Part shown: positions 23,834-34,215 of the stretch, piece after piece | How positions within the stretch are numbered: position 1 is the stretch's first letter | Layout: every line of letters starts with the position of its first letter | Assembly: GCF_009834535.1 (NCBI RefSeq) | Contig: NC_045696.1 | Location: forward strand, 105,526,001 to 105,590,000 | From: Camelus ferus | Taxonomy: Eukaryota | Length of the DNA: 64,000 nt | Reading direction: 5' to 3' | Made by a program: the position numbers and the translations under genes | The notes under the pieces: generated by a model | Seen by the model: the letters and a program-made list of their open reading frames with translations, nothing else | What the model was told of the DNA's origin: nothing | Databases searched by the model: none

Positions 23834-24875
23834 GGAGACGCACATCAAATGCATCAGCTCTTTCTGAGGGAGAAACAGCAGGGGCTGGGGGACCTTTGGG
23901 TACGGCCACTCACCTCGGACAGTGCAGTCCCGACACTTGGGGAAATCAGCATACGTCCCTTCCTCAGCTGAGGAGCTGGATTCTGCCCTTTAAAAATATC
24001 TTGCTTATTGTAAATTCATAATCATGAGAGTGAAATGTATTTTTAAAATACCATACAAAACTAAAGCTAAAGCGGCAACTTTGTATTTTTGGCAGAGTAC
24101 ATTTTAATCCACGTCCAAGTGAATCGAATTTGTTTTCTTCAGGTTTCAAGGTTTCACTTTCCTTTGAAATTTTTTATCAACTATAAAAATCATTCACAAA
24201 AGAGTAAAAGACAAAAGGCTCTCCATCTAGCCACCCAGAGAGAACCACCATTAACCTTAACAGAAATTTTTAGTCTAATAAATAATTATAATCATTGGAC
24301 ATAATCAAAATTGCTACACTGATTTTTGGTAAAGCATTATTGATTTTTTTCTCTGATTATAAAACCAATATAAGCCCTTAGAGAAAGTTCAGGGTAAGTA
24401 AACAAAATAGTATAGAGAAGAAAATGAAAATTCCCTCTGGCCTACCCCTCGGCAAGAAGCCCTCTTAATGAGAATCCCTGGGCGCTGAACTGCTCCCCTC
24501 TCCAGCCCTTGGGTCCTCGGCTCCAGGACCTGGCTGTCCCGTCTGTGTCCTGGGACAGGGGACGAGGGGGCTGTCCTTACATTCATGCTCCAAGCACCTC
24601 CACTGAGTCCAGGGGCCGCACACCCGCCCTATGGTCGTTCATCTTCTTGGCTACTTTATGTCAAAATATTCAAACTTGTTTTTGACTTATTAGCTAATGT
24701 CTTTTGCCGGCCACCCCCTCCTCTGCCGCTGCACCCCATTTTAAATATTATGGTCCTAATTACAGCAGATGGCTGTGGAATGACCAAACAGGGCGGACAG
24801 ACCGTGATCACACTCCAGAGGCCCAGCCTCTCTCTTACAAAATGGGACTCTTTTTTTTTTTTTTTTTAACACCAT

Positions 24876-25123
24876 CCAATGATGTCACCCGTTTGCGGTT
24901 TCTCTGGGACTTTATTAAAATGTTTGTGACGGAGCCAATGTAAACCATCCTAAATCCAACACAGAGCTGAAAGGACTGATTTTAGGGAATGCGAAGATAT
25001 GGATCATTGGGCCTGTCGAAGCCCCATCTTGAGCCAATTATTGGTGTCATCTTGAGCCAATTTAATCAATCCAAGAGGGATTGGGGGGTAGAAGGGGGCG
25101 CGGGCAAGGGTTGTGAGCATTGG
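24876..25123. promoter_or_regulatory. CCAAT-box cluster, candidate NF-Y promoter
   Basis: CCAAT at 24876, 24935, 25034, 25057; ATTGG at 25006, 25040, 25080, 25119; GC-box-like GGGGGCGCGGGC near 25094. Confidence 0.45.
25025..25062. repeat. Direct repeat CATCTTGAGCCAATT x2 (period 23)
   Basis: Identical 15-mers at 25025-25039 and 25048-25062. Confidence 0.97.
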
Positions 25124-25978
25124 TCAAATGTGCTGGCTCAAATGTGTGTGTCGTGAAAGCAACTGCACCCCAGCTTTGTGGATTTCAGTTGCTCCTTTAA
25201 CCTGCATTTTCATCCCAGGGTACCCACTGGTGCCCAGTTTCAGCCTCATTACTGGGTTTGTTTGAAATCATTGAATAGTGCTGACCCAGGTTTGAGAGAG
25301 GAAGCCCCCCGAAGTCTTCAAGGTCACTTTTCATTGGGGAGACAATGTCAGGGAAGCAAAAGCCACCAGACGCTACTGACATCTGAGCCATCTAGGGGAC
25401 CCAAGGAAAACAGCCCAGTGTCTGCTGTATGTCAAGACAGACTGGACCACAAAAGGGCCTGGAGCAGTCAGAATGGGATGCTTAGAATTGGGTATCCAGC
25501 ACTACAAATTATAAACTTTATATTTTCTTCACTTAAAAAAACACTGGGAAGAAAAGATCCAGAGTCACCAGCACCAGAAATATTTGACCATGTCAAGAGC
25601 TGAAATAGCATTAGCTTCACGTTTTACACTCTGTGCCTTGAATGGGTGATGCAAATACAGGTAAGACAAACACCAAAAATTTTATTTTTTTCATTACAAA
25701 GCTGTAGAAAATGGTTGACATCTGTGGCATGCAATTGTTACTATTTTTATTTACCCACATATTTATTTCTGACTCTCCATGCCCCAGAAAGGATGTAAGG
25801 AGGTGATACCCAGACCTAACATATTTAATTAGCTGCCCCATCCTCTCCCCTGGGTTCTCCTCCCCATCTAAGTTTCAAAGGGCTGCTTCTCCTCCCTTCC
25901 CAGGAGGGAGAGCCCCTCACATTTTCTATGATATAAAAAGAGCGTAGACTGTCTAGTGTGTGTATTTTGTGTGTTTTG

Positions 25979-26362
25979 ATGGCTAACATCCATGAGTATG
26001 CTCAGTCACTTCTCCAGAACCGGCTATTTGTCTTGGATATGGTGCTGTTCAAGCCTGCACAGTTTGGAATGGTTACTGTGGCAGTGAGCCTTGTCACCGT
26101 GCATCTCTGTGCAAGCTCGATCCGACCGAGCAGAACGCGGCCGATAACACGATTGTTTTCAACCCACGAAATTGACGAGAAAGGCCCTCTTGAGTTTTGG
26201 AATGCAAGCTTGCTGTCGGTTCACAAAGGAGGTATCCAAAATCTTATGCCAGGAACGAAAGAATACGAGTCAGACAACCGCCTTGATGTTCCCAAATTTA
26301 ATCACTTTAAAGAACTCTGCCTCCCTATCACTGAATTACTTTCAGAAAACAACGGATGTTGA
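25979..26362 (+). other. 127-aa ORF of unknown status with upstream TATA and downstream ATTAAA
   Basis: TATAAAAA 25932-25939; ATGG at 25979; TGA ending 26362; ATTAAA 26404-26409. No recognisable protein family. Confidence 0.15.
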
Positions 26363-26800
26363 ATTCATCTCTTCCCATCATATGCAATCTGAAAGCTGTT
26401 TTGATTAAAACTGACTTTCCTTCTATTTTTACTTGTTTCCAAAGACTGCTACACTTGTAATTTCTGTAACCTTAACGGGCTTCTGGGACAATACAGGAGC
26501 CTCATTTACTCTAAACATGTCCAAAACAAATCCCAAATCAACTTTAATCATCGCCACCTCCAAGGAAAGAGTAAGAAGTGCAACTCTAGGATGGGCTGGC
26601 TTGGTCTCCAAGTCCGCATCTCCACTTGAGAATGTGTTAGTCTGTTTAGAAGCCAGGTTAATCCTACCTTTCAGTTACGGAAGGAAATGGGTTTTAGATT
26701 CAAGACTCAAGGTAGGTCCTCTGAGTGCGAGGATCAAATGCTCTGGTGCTTTCAACAGGCAAAATGCTACTGCCTGTCTCAAGGCGGAGGCCAGCCGGGA

Positions 26801-27074
26801 CTGCAGGGTTTATAAACAACACTCTGCTCTTTATTGGAGCTGCCCACCCGAATCCAGATCTTCCTTTCTTCAATAGCGGCCTATTTACCACAGTTTAAAC
26901 GGGGTTCTGCAGCCCTGCCTGGGTCTGCAATTTATTACTTGCTGAGAGAGCTCAGACCCAGAGTTTAAATGTCCCTAGTTGAAAGTTTATACCAGTCAGG
27001 ACAGAAAATTATTCTCTCTGCCTAGGTTGAAGCACATTACTTCTTTATTGAATTAATTATGATAAGGATCATAA
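26801..27074. promoter_or_regulatory. Candidate enhancer with FOX and posterior-HOX/CDX-type motifs
   Basis: TAAACA 26813, TTTATTGG 26830, TATTTAC 26882, TTTATTA 26931, TTTATTG 27044, AATTAATT 27051. Confidence 0.35.
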
Positions 27075-27504
27075 CTTTAAACGAGGGGTGAGGTGCTGGC
27101 TTTCCGCTGGGATTGCTTGGAGCAATTTTCATCCAAGCATTTTTGTGGAGTTATTGAGTCTGGCAGGTCTGAACTTTGGAGAGGAGTAACTTTCTCCAGA
27201 ACTTGAAAGGGCTTGGACATTGATCCAGGCAAAGCTGTACCAGATTCCATGTTTTGAGATAGGGAAATTTGCACTGCATGCTGAACAAATAACCGCGGGA
27301 CCGGATGAAAGACAGCTCGTGAACTCCTCATGTGGCCTCAAGCTTGGCCTTTCCTGGGCGGAGCTGGCCCGGGGGAGGGCAAGGGACAGACAGAGACAGA
27401 CAGGTCCCCAGCGAGCCCTTCTTCCCCTGCCTTCTAATCTTCCAAGTTCAGCCTGGGCCTCGGGGTTGTGCAAGCCATGGGCCGGTACTGATGCAGAAGA
27501 TAGT

Positions 27505-27630
27505 AGGCAGAATGACAAAGGACACTTGCTCCGAAATCAAAGGGACCTGGGTTTGATTCTGCTCTGGCCGCTTCCTAGTGCCGGAACATGAAGGGTATCC
27601 TTTCCTGTCTTTGTTTCAATGTGCATCACT
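27505..27630 (+). mobile_element. MIR fragment
   Basis: GACCTGGGTTTGATTCTGCTCTGGCCGCTTCCTAG. Confidence 0.6.
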
Positions 27631-28291
27631 GGACTTTTTAAAGCAGTGTGTTTGTTTATGTATAATATATATTATATAGAACACACAGATCTCTTGTACA
27701 CACACACAAACGTAGATATATACCTAGCACTTAGCTGGGGCTTCTTTAAAGGTCATTATTTTCAGGAAAATGGAAAAGTTAAGCCAGCCCAATATCTCAT
27801 ATCTCTTTCAGGTAAAATCTCCCCATGCCCACACCGGTGACAAAGCAATGTGGGGCTCCAGCTGCCAGCCCAGGCCTCCAGAGCCATCCTGTCTCTCCCC
27901 ACTGTGTCCCAGCTCTCCAGGTTCAGGGGGTGCTACCAGGCTCCCAAGTGCTGTGACCATGCATGGAAGCCTCCCAGACCAGCCCCACCCACCTAGGTCT
28001 GGTAGCCCCACCTTTCCAGGGAGGAAGGAAGTCTTCCCAGCATGCCTTCTTGCTCAGAGGGTAGTGGGCTCTCGTGGAGCCAGTCTGGCCTGTGGCTCAG
28101 AAAAGGATGACTAGATAATTTATTATCCACATCAGGACACTCTTAGCAGTAAGAGGGGACACTGATACACTCTGGGACCACAAGCATCCCCAGGGCTGTT
28201 TGGCCCCCAGGATGTATGGTGACCCATTCTGACCACTCTGGGTCTAAGACCCCGCTCCCACACCACAGAAATACAAGAAAGTATTCCTTTA

Positions 28292-29956
28292 ATATAGTTA
28301 ATAGTGCTGCTATGAACACTGGGGTGCATGTGTCTTTTTGAATTATATTTTTCTCCAGGTATATGTCCAAGAGTGGGATTGCTGGATCATATGCTGTTTA
28401 TTTTTAGTTTTTTAAGAAACCTCCATACTGCTCTCCATAGTGGTTGCATCAATTTACACTGCCACCAACAGTGTAGGAGGGTTCCTTTTCTCCACATCCT
28501 ATCCAGTATTTATTGTTTGTAGACTTTTTAATGATAGCCATTCTTGCTGGTGTGAGGTGATACCTCATTGTAGTTTTGATTTGCAGTTCTCTAACAATTA
28601 GTGATGTTGAGCATCTTTTCATGTGCTTGTTGGCCATCTGGATGTTGTCTTTGGAGAGATGCCTATTTAGATCTTCTGCCCATTTATTGATTGGGTTGCT
28701 AATTTTTTTGATATTAAGGTGTATGAGCTGTTTGTATATTTTGGAAATTAGTCCCTTGTCAGTTGCATCATTTGCCAATATTTTCTCCCATTCTGTAGGT
28801 TGTCTTTTCATTTTGTTGCTGGTGTTCTTAGCTGTGCAAAAGTTTTTAAGTTTAATTAGATCCCATTTGTTTATTTTTGCTTTTCTTTCCATTACTCCAG
28901 GAGCTTATTCAAAAAATATATTGCTGTGATTTATGTCCAAGAGTTTTCTGCCTATGTTTTCCTCTAGGAGTTTTATAGTAGCTGGTCTTGCATTTAAGCC
29001 TTTAATCCATTTTGAGTTTATTTTTGTATATGGTGTTAGAGAATGTTCTAATTTCAGTCCTTTACAGGTAGCTGTCCAGTTTTCCCAGCACCTCTTACGA
29101 AAAGACTGTCTTTTCTCCATATATTGTATATTCTTGCCTCCTTTGTCATAGATTAATTGGCCAAAAGTGTATGGGTTTACTTCTGGACTTTCTATCCTGT
29201 TTTATTGATCTATTTGTCTGTTTTTGTGCCAGTACCATACTATATACAATAGCCAAGACATGGAAACAACCCAAATGTACATCAATAGATGACTGGATAA
29301 AGATGTATATATCATATGATATACATATACACACACACAATGAAATACTACTCAGCCATAAAAAAGAATAAACTAATGCCATTTGCAGCAATATGGATGG
29401 AACTGGAGATCATCATTCTAAGTGAAATAAGACAAAAAGAGAAAGAAAAATGCCATATGGCATTGCTTATATGTGGAATCTAAAAAAAAAGGACACAAAT
29501 GAACTACTTATTATTTATAACTAAGATGATTGATTTCTTAAATATGTGTAAGCACATTTGATTGTCCTTTATGATTGGATTACTGCATTCTGTTGATTCT
29601 TATTTTGTGATTGGCTTTATTCCTTTGATAACTATGTAAGTTTAAAAAGCTAAAGATCTAAACTGTTCTTAGAAACAAGGAACAGTACATATATGTAAAT
29701 TTTAAAACAGTTTTATCTCTCAATAAGTTGCTCTTCCTAGAATAAACTTTGTTTACCCCCTAAAAATAGATAAACAACAAGTTTTTATTGTATAGCACAG
29801 AGAACTATATTGTAGTTCCTATAATGAAAAAGAATATAAAAAGGAATATATATGTATGTATATGTATGACTGAAACATGCTATACACTGGAAATTGACAC
29901 AACATTGTAAACTGACTCTACTTGAATTGAAAAAAAAAAACTAAATATATTAAAAA
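28292..29956 (+). mobile_element. L1 with 5' inversion (twin priming): 28292-~29240 inverted, ~29240-29956 sense
   Basis: TSD AAGAAAG(T/C)ATTCCTTTA at 28275-28291 and 29957-29973. Minus-strand ORF2 ORFs 28449-28892 and 28905-29120. The sense part starts at the L1 position where the inverted part ends (GCAGCACTAT / TACAATAGCCAAG). Confidence 0.95.
29508..29761 (+). other. Non-L1, AT-rich insert in L1 3'UTR; resembles an mRNA 3' end
   Basis: Absent from the other L1 3'UTRs in the window; AATAAA at 29741-29746 lies 15 nt before an A run. Confidence 0.65.
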
Positions 29957-30349
29957 AAGAAAGCATTCCTTTACTACAAACAACACTAAGTCCATCTCTT
30001 CAGAATGACCTTCCCTGAAGACTCTTGACCTCTCAAGGCCAGGCAGTCTGGCAGACCCTGAACAGCCACACCCTGCTCCTGGCCATCATCGTTAACTCAG
30101 TGTTCAGTTTCCCTTCACCATTCCTGGAGAAGTGGCTGATGGGGCCCAGTGTCTAGGTTGTCTCTTGGAACTTAAAGGTGTGTGTTGGAGGGACCCTTGG
30201 GAGGCCTGACATCCCAGGTTTATCATACCCTTCATTCCAAGGCCTTGGGTGCCTAGGCCACATCCTTCCCCAATGAGCACTTTCACCATCCAGGCTGACC
30301 TCAGCAGGACTGCTGACAGCCTGGGCGGCACCACTGAGGAGCAGTTACA

Positions 30350-30535
30350 GTACTGGGTCTCTGCTCAGGCCCTCATGTATGCTACGTCGTGGAGCCACCC
30401 TGGGATCCTACAGGTAAGGGCTGTTCAAGTAGCACTGACAGAAGAAAACTGAGGCACAGAGAAGTTAAGTCATTTGCCCAAGTTCATGCTGCATAACTGG
30501 CCCAGCCAGGCTTTGAACCCTGCAGACTGATCCTT
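30350..30535 (-). mobile_element. MIR
   Basis: ACAGAAGAAAACTGAGGCACAGAGAAGTTAAGTCATTTGCCCAAG. Confidence 0.8.
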
Positions 30536-32059
30536 AGAATCACAGACTCAGACAATGTAAGGGGTGGGAGAGGGCTTAGGTGTAGATTCAAAGCCCGCCT
30601 TCACCAGTTCCTAGCTGTGACCCTGGGCAAGGCCCCTTTTGGCATGACTCAATTCGACAGAGGCTTGTTCTAGGATGAAAAGGGACAGTGTGTGCACAGA
30701 TATCCTATCAGGTATGGAACCCAAAGCAGTTTCTTCATGGATCAGTTGTGACAGTCCCACCTGACAGTGGATCCTCTGCTGTGTTCCCAGCAAGCAGCCC
30801 TCCTGCCTGGCCTAGAACATGCTGTCCACAGTCCTTTCCCTTAGGTCCCTGCCCTCAGTAGCTCAGGGCATGGCCTTGAGCCCCAGCCCCTTCAGAAGAC
30901 CGGCTCTGTTCTGAGAGAGGAGCTTGCCTTTCCAGGAGCTCAAGCCAGCAGGTCCTGACCAAGGTAGTTCCGTTTGGGGGAGGTTTTATTTCTGCTCCTT
31001 CCAAGGGGCTGTATACCTCCAAGTCCCCACCCAGAAATGGGCCTGCAGCGGGTCCACCAGGGCTGTCCAGAGCCAGGTCCACCAGGCAGGTGGCCAGTTG
31101 GCCAATCAAGTGGCCAGTGGGTGGAGAGGCCTGTGGCTCCATCGCTTGGCTGGCAAGCCCACTGGCCGTCCACCCCGAGGCCTCTGAAGGCAGGGCTCAC
31201 ACTACTGACACAATGGCTCTTCCCTGTGCCTTCATCTCTCCCCCATGCACTTTTCATCCCACAAATCACATCTCTGTGGTTTGGGGAATTGGAGCCCTCT
31301 CTGAACGGGGTGATCTAGGGTTATAGTCTGTCAAAAGGAGGGTAACACAGCTGGGGTCATGGCAAGGTCTGGGCACAGGGACAGCGAACAGGGGACTGGG
31401 CCCCGGTGGTCTGGCCAGAAGCCTGCCCAGCCCTTCCCTCACTCCCTCAGGGCCAGGCCCTGGACTCTCGGGCCTGCCCAGGCCATGCCTTTGCATGATG
31501 AGGGTCCCCTCCTCCCCACAGAGTTAGCCAGGGGTGAGTGTGGGACAAATATCAGATGTCTCAGCTTCCTGCAGTCTGGGGCAGACGACGAGATGATTCC
31601 CTCTAAGATGGGATACAGGCATAAAATATCAACAGGTTTCAGGAGGATTTTGAGAGTTTCACAGAATGTGACAGAGTCGGGAACACAACTAATCGTGGAC
31701 AGGGTGTCGTGCCCCGTCTTTCAGCACCCGTTCTCATTCAAGGGTCCAAGCTTCTTCGAGAAAGAAACGTAAAACCTTGTTCACACTAAAATGTGAATGA
31801 TTCTTCATACATTGCACTTCATAGAAGTTATTCACAGAAAACACATAAATAGAAATTTTCAACATAATTCTGCAGTCACGATCTTCTCTAATGTACAGAT
31901 GCACACACAGACGGACTGACAAACACACACATACACAAACCACATGTGTATACACAAAAACACACAACTCCCCATTCAAACCAAACTACTTAAAATTTCC
32001 GGAACACCCCGGACCCTCTCTCCCTATTGGCATTTACATCCTCTACAATTCGTTGAAGC

Positions 32060-32380
32060 ATCTCCCCACTGTTTCCCTAATTTTCTTCAATGCATCCTTC
32101 AAAACTCAGCCCAGTTGTCACTTCCTCCAGAAAGCGCTCCTTAGGTGCTCCCTCTCTCCCCCTCCAGGCTGCATTAGGAGTTACTCCAGGACGTACCCTC
32201 TGTGTGCCAGCACCCCCACCTCCAGCACAGCCCTCCCCATCCTGGGCGGTCATCCTCTGCTTCCTGGCCTGACTCTCCCACTAAGCTGTCAGCTCCTGAG
32301 GGCAGGCCCGGCGACTCATTCTCCATCTCATCCCAGGTCTTGCTTCAGAGTAGGTTCTTGGGGAATATTGGTTGAACAAA
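32060..32380 (+). mobile_element. L2 3' fragment
   Basis: CATCCTTCAAAACTCAGCCCAGTTGTCACTTCCTCCAGAAAG...CTGTCAGCTCCTGAGGGCAGG...AATATTGGTTGAA. Confidence 0.8.
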
Positions 32381-33074
32381 CCAATGACAATCGGTATTAA
32401 GGAAGCTTCTTTCTTCCTGAGTAAGAAAGTTAGAGCCCCTGCTGGGAGATACGGAGCCAGGCACACAGAGGTGCTCCTGGGTGTAACACTGTTACGCACG
32501 CACCCGACAGAGGCACCCCAGGGACACGTGGGCTCCTCTTTTCTGACCAAAAGGCATTCACCAATTTCCTAAAAGTCGTTCTGACCATAGCTGGGAAAAA
32601 AAAAAAAAAGAAACAAACAAAACCAAAGCTTAAAGAATTGGTGAAAGACACTGTGCCTGTCAGCATGTCACTGGGGTTCCCAGAAATACTTTATCTGAAA
32701 AATGTGAAATTTAGCCAGTAAATAAATATGCTATGCCAAGCTGTGACCTCTCAGACCTGTAGCAGTCCCCACCCCTCCGGGCTTCACGGCTTCCAGTCAA
32801 GCTCACTAGGTGCCCCCAGAGACAGGCAGATGGCTTCTCAGACCACGCTGCTTACTATTTATGGTTTCATGACAGCACATGCTTCTCGCCTGCCTTTTTC
32901 TGTCACTTGGGCCTGAAATGACAGTTCTTTCCTTTCTGCCACCCCTAGCGACAAGGCCTGCCCAGAGCCCGAGCACAGCTAGGATGACAGGGGCTGCCCA
33001 GGATACAGTTGTCACAAGCTGCATGGGCATGCCCACCAGCCCCGCGGCCACATGCCAGGCACAGGCCCGGGAGA

Positions 33075-33325
33075 TCGTAGGGTGAGAGGCCAAGAGCATC
33101 GGCTCTGGAGGTGCTCCTCCTGGGTTCAAATCCTGACTCCACCCACATTTACTAGCAGGGTGGTCTTGGGAGAGATATTTAACCACTCTGAGCCTCCATT
33201 TACTCATCTGCAAAATGGGAAAAATAATATTTCTTACCCTATAGGTGTGAACTAAAGACTAAATCCACCTGAAGAGCTCCTAACAATGTCCAGCTATGGT
33301 AAGTACTCAATAAATGTCAGTGATC
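33075..33325 (+). mobile_element. Near full-length MIR
   Basis: CCTGGGTTCAAATCCTGACTCC...TTTAACCACTCTGAGCCTCCATTTACTCATCTGCAAAATGGG...TAAGTACTCAATAAATGT. Confidence 0.88.
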
Positions 33326-33474
33326 ATCATCACACACCCACAAACACAGAAGCCTGCACTGCTTACCCATGATTTTCCCATCAGTGATTCCCAGTCACGG
33401 GCTTAGAACTTCCCTTCCCAGGATCTGAGGGGCAGCCAAAGCCCCCGAGTGTCAGGAGCACAATTAGGACACAT

Positions 33475-33790
33475 AATCATTCATTCATTCAATAAACGTC
33501 AATGGGTATCTAAGTGTGCCTGGTCCTGGAGATGCAGAAATGGGATGAGGTCCAGCCCCGCCTTGAGGAGCACATAGCAGGGTTGAGGCACAGAGCAGGG
33601 AACTGATGGTGACAATGGTCTGTGATAAATGTCATAATGAAGCATGACAAGAGGGGAGTGGTTGGTTGGAGAGTGTCGGGAGGCAGATGATCCAGCCTCC
33701 AGAAATCAGGGAAGGCTTCTTGTAGGAGAGAACACCTACGTACTGAAGGCTGGACATGACTTAGCCATGTGAAGGGGTAAGGAGGTGGGG
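33475..33790 (-). mobile_element. L2 3' fragment
   Basis: TCATTCATTCATTCAATAAA terminus; ATCAGGGAAGGCTTC. Confidence 0.8.
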
Positions 33791-33839
33791 AGATGGACCC
33801 AGGCTACAGTGGGTCAAATTAATTAATTAATGACAAAAA

Positions 33840-34215
33840 TCAGCACAACCAATAACTAACTACTGTCTCTGAGTGTTTTCTATGTGGCAGGACTAGTGTT
33901 TAGCATTTGAGCCACATTATCTCACTAAAGCCTCACTCTCAGCTCTGAATAAACGGACAGTCTGTGCTTTGCGTTTTGTCATGGCTGTATCCCCAATGCC
34001 TAGAATGGTGCCTAGAACTTAAGTGATGCCCAATAAATATTTGTAGAATGAATAAAGATCAAGCACCTCTATAAGGTTGGTTCTAATATGCCCATTTTGC
34101 AGATGAGGAAACTGAGGTGTACAGAAATCAAGTGCCTTGCTGAAGGATGTCCCACAGCAAGTTGTGAAACAGAGCTAGGGTTGTCTGGTGTCAGGCCAGG
34201 ACCCTCCCCACTTAG
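33840..34215 (-). mobile_element. MIR split by an L2 3' end (+ strand, ~33960-34055)
   Basis: MIR halves CACATTATCTCACTAAAGCCTCAC and CCCATTTTGCAGATGAGGAAACTGAGG flank CTGTATCCCCAATGCCTAGAATGGTGCC...CAATAAATATTTGTAGAATGAAT. Confidence 0.75.

Noticed and set aside
25950..27350. Endogenous viral element or transposase (PLEFW resembles a hAT dimerisation motif)
   Set aside because: The manual translations I made showed no extended viral or transposase motifs and no TIR/TSD; a five-residue match is insufficient.
30294..30413. 120-nt exon-like segment with CAG acceptor and CAG|GTAAGG donor, open in two frames
   Set aside because: The 3' half overlaps an antisense MIR, which often supplies such donors; peptide unrecognisable; no partner exons.
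30855..31142. 95-aa minus-strand ORF with natural-looking composition
   Set aside because: GC-rich region with overlapping ORFs in several frames; no recognisable homology or splice context.
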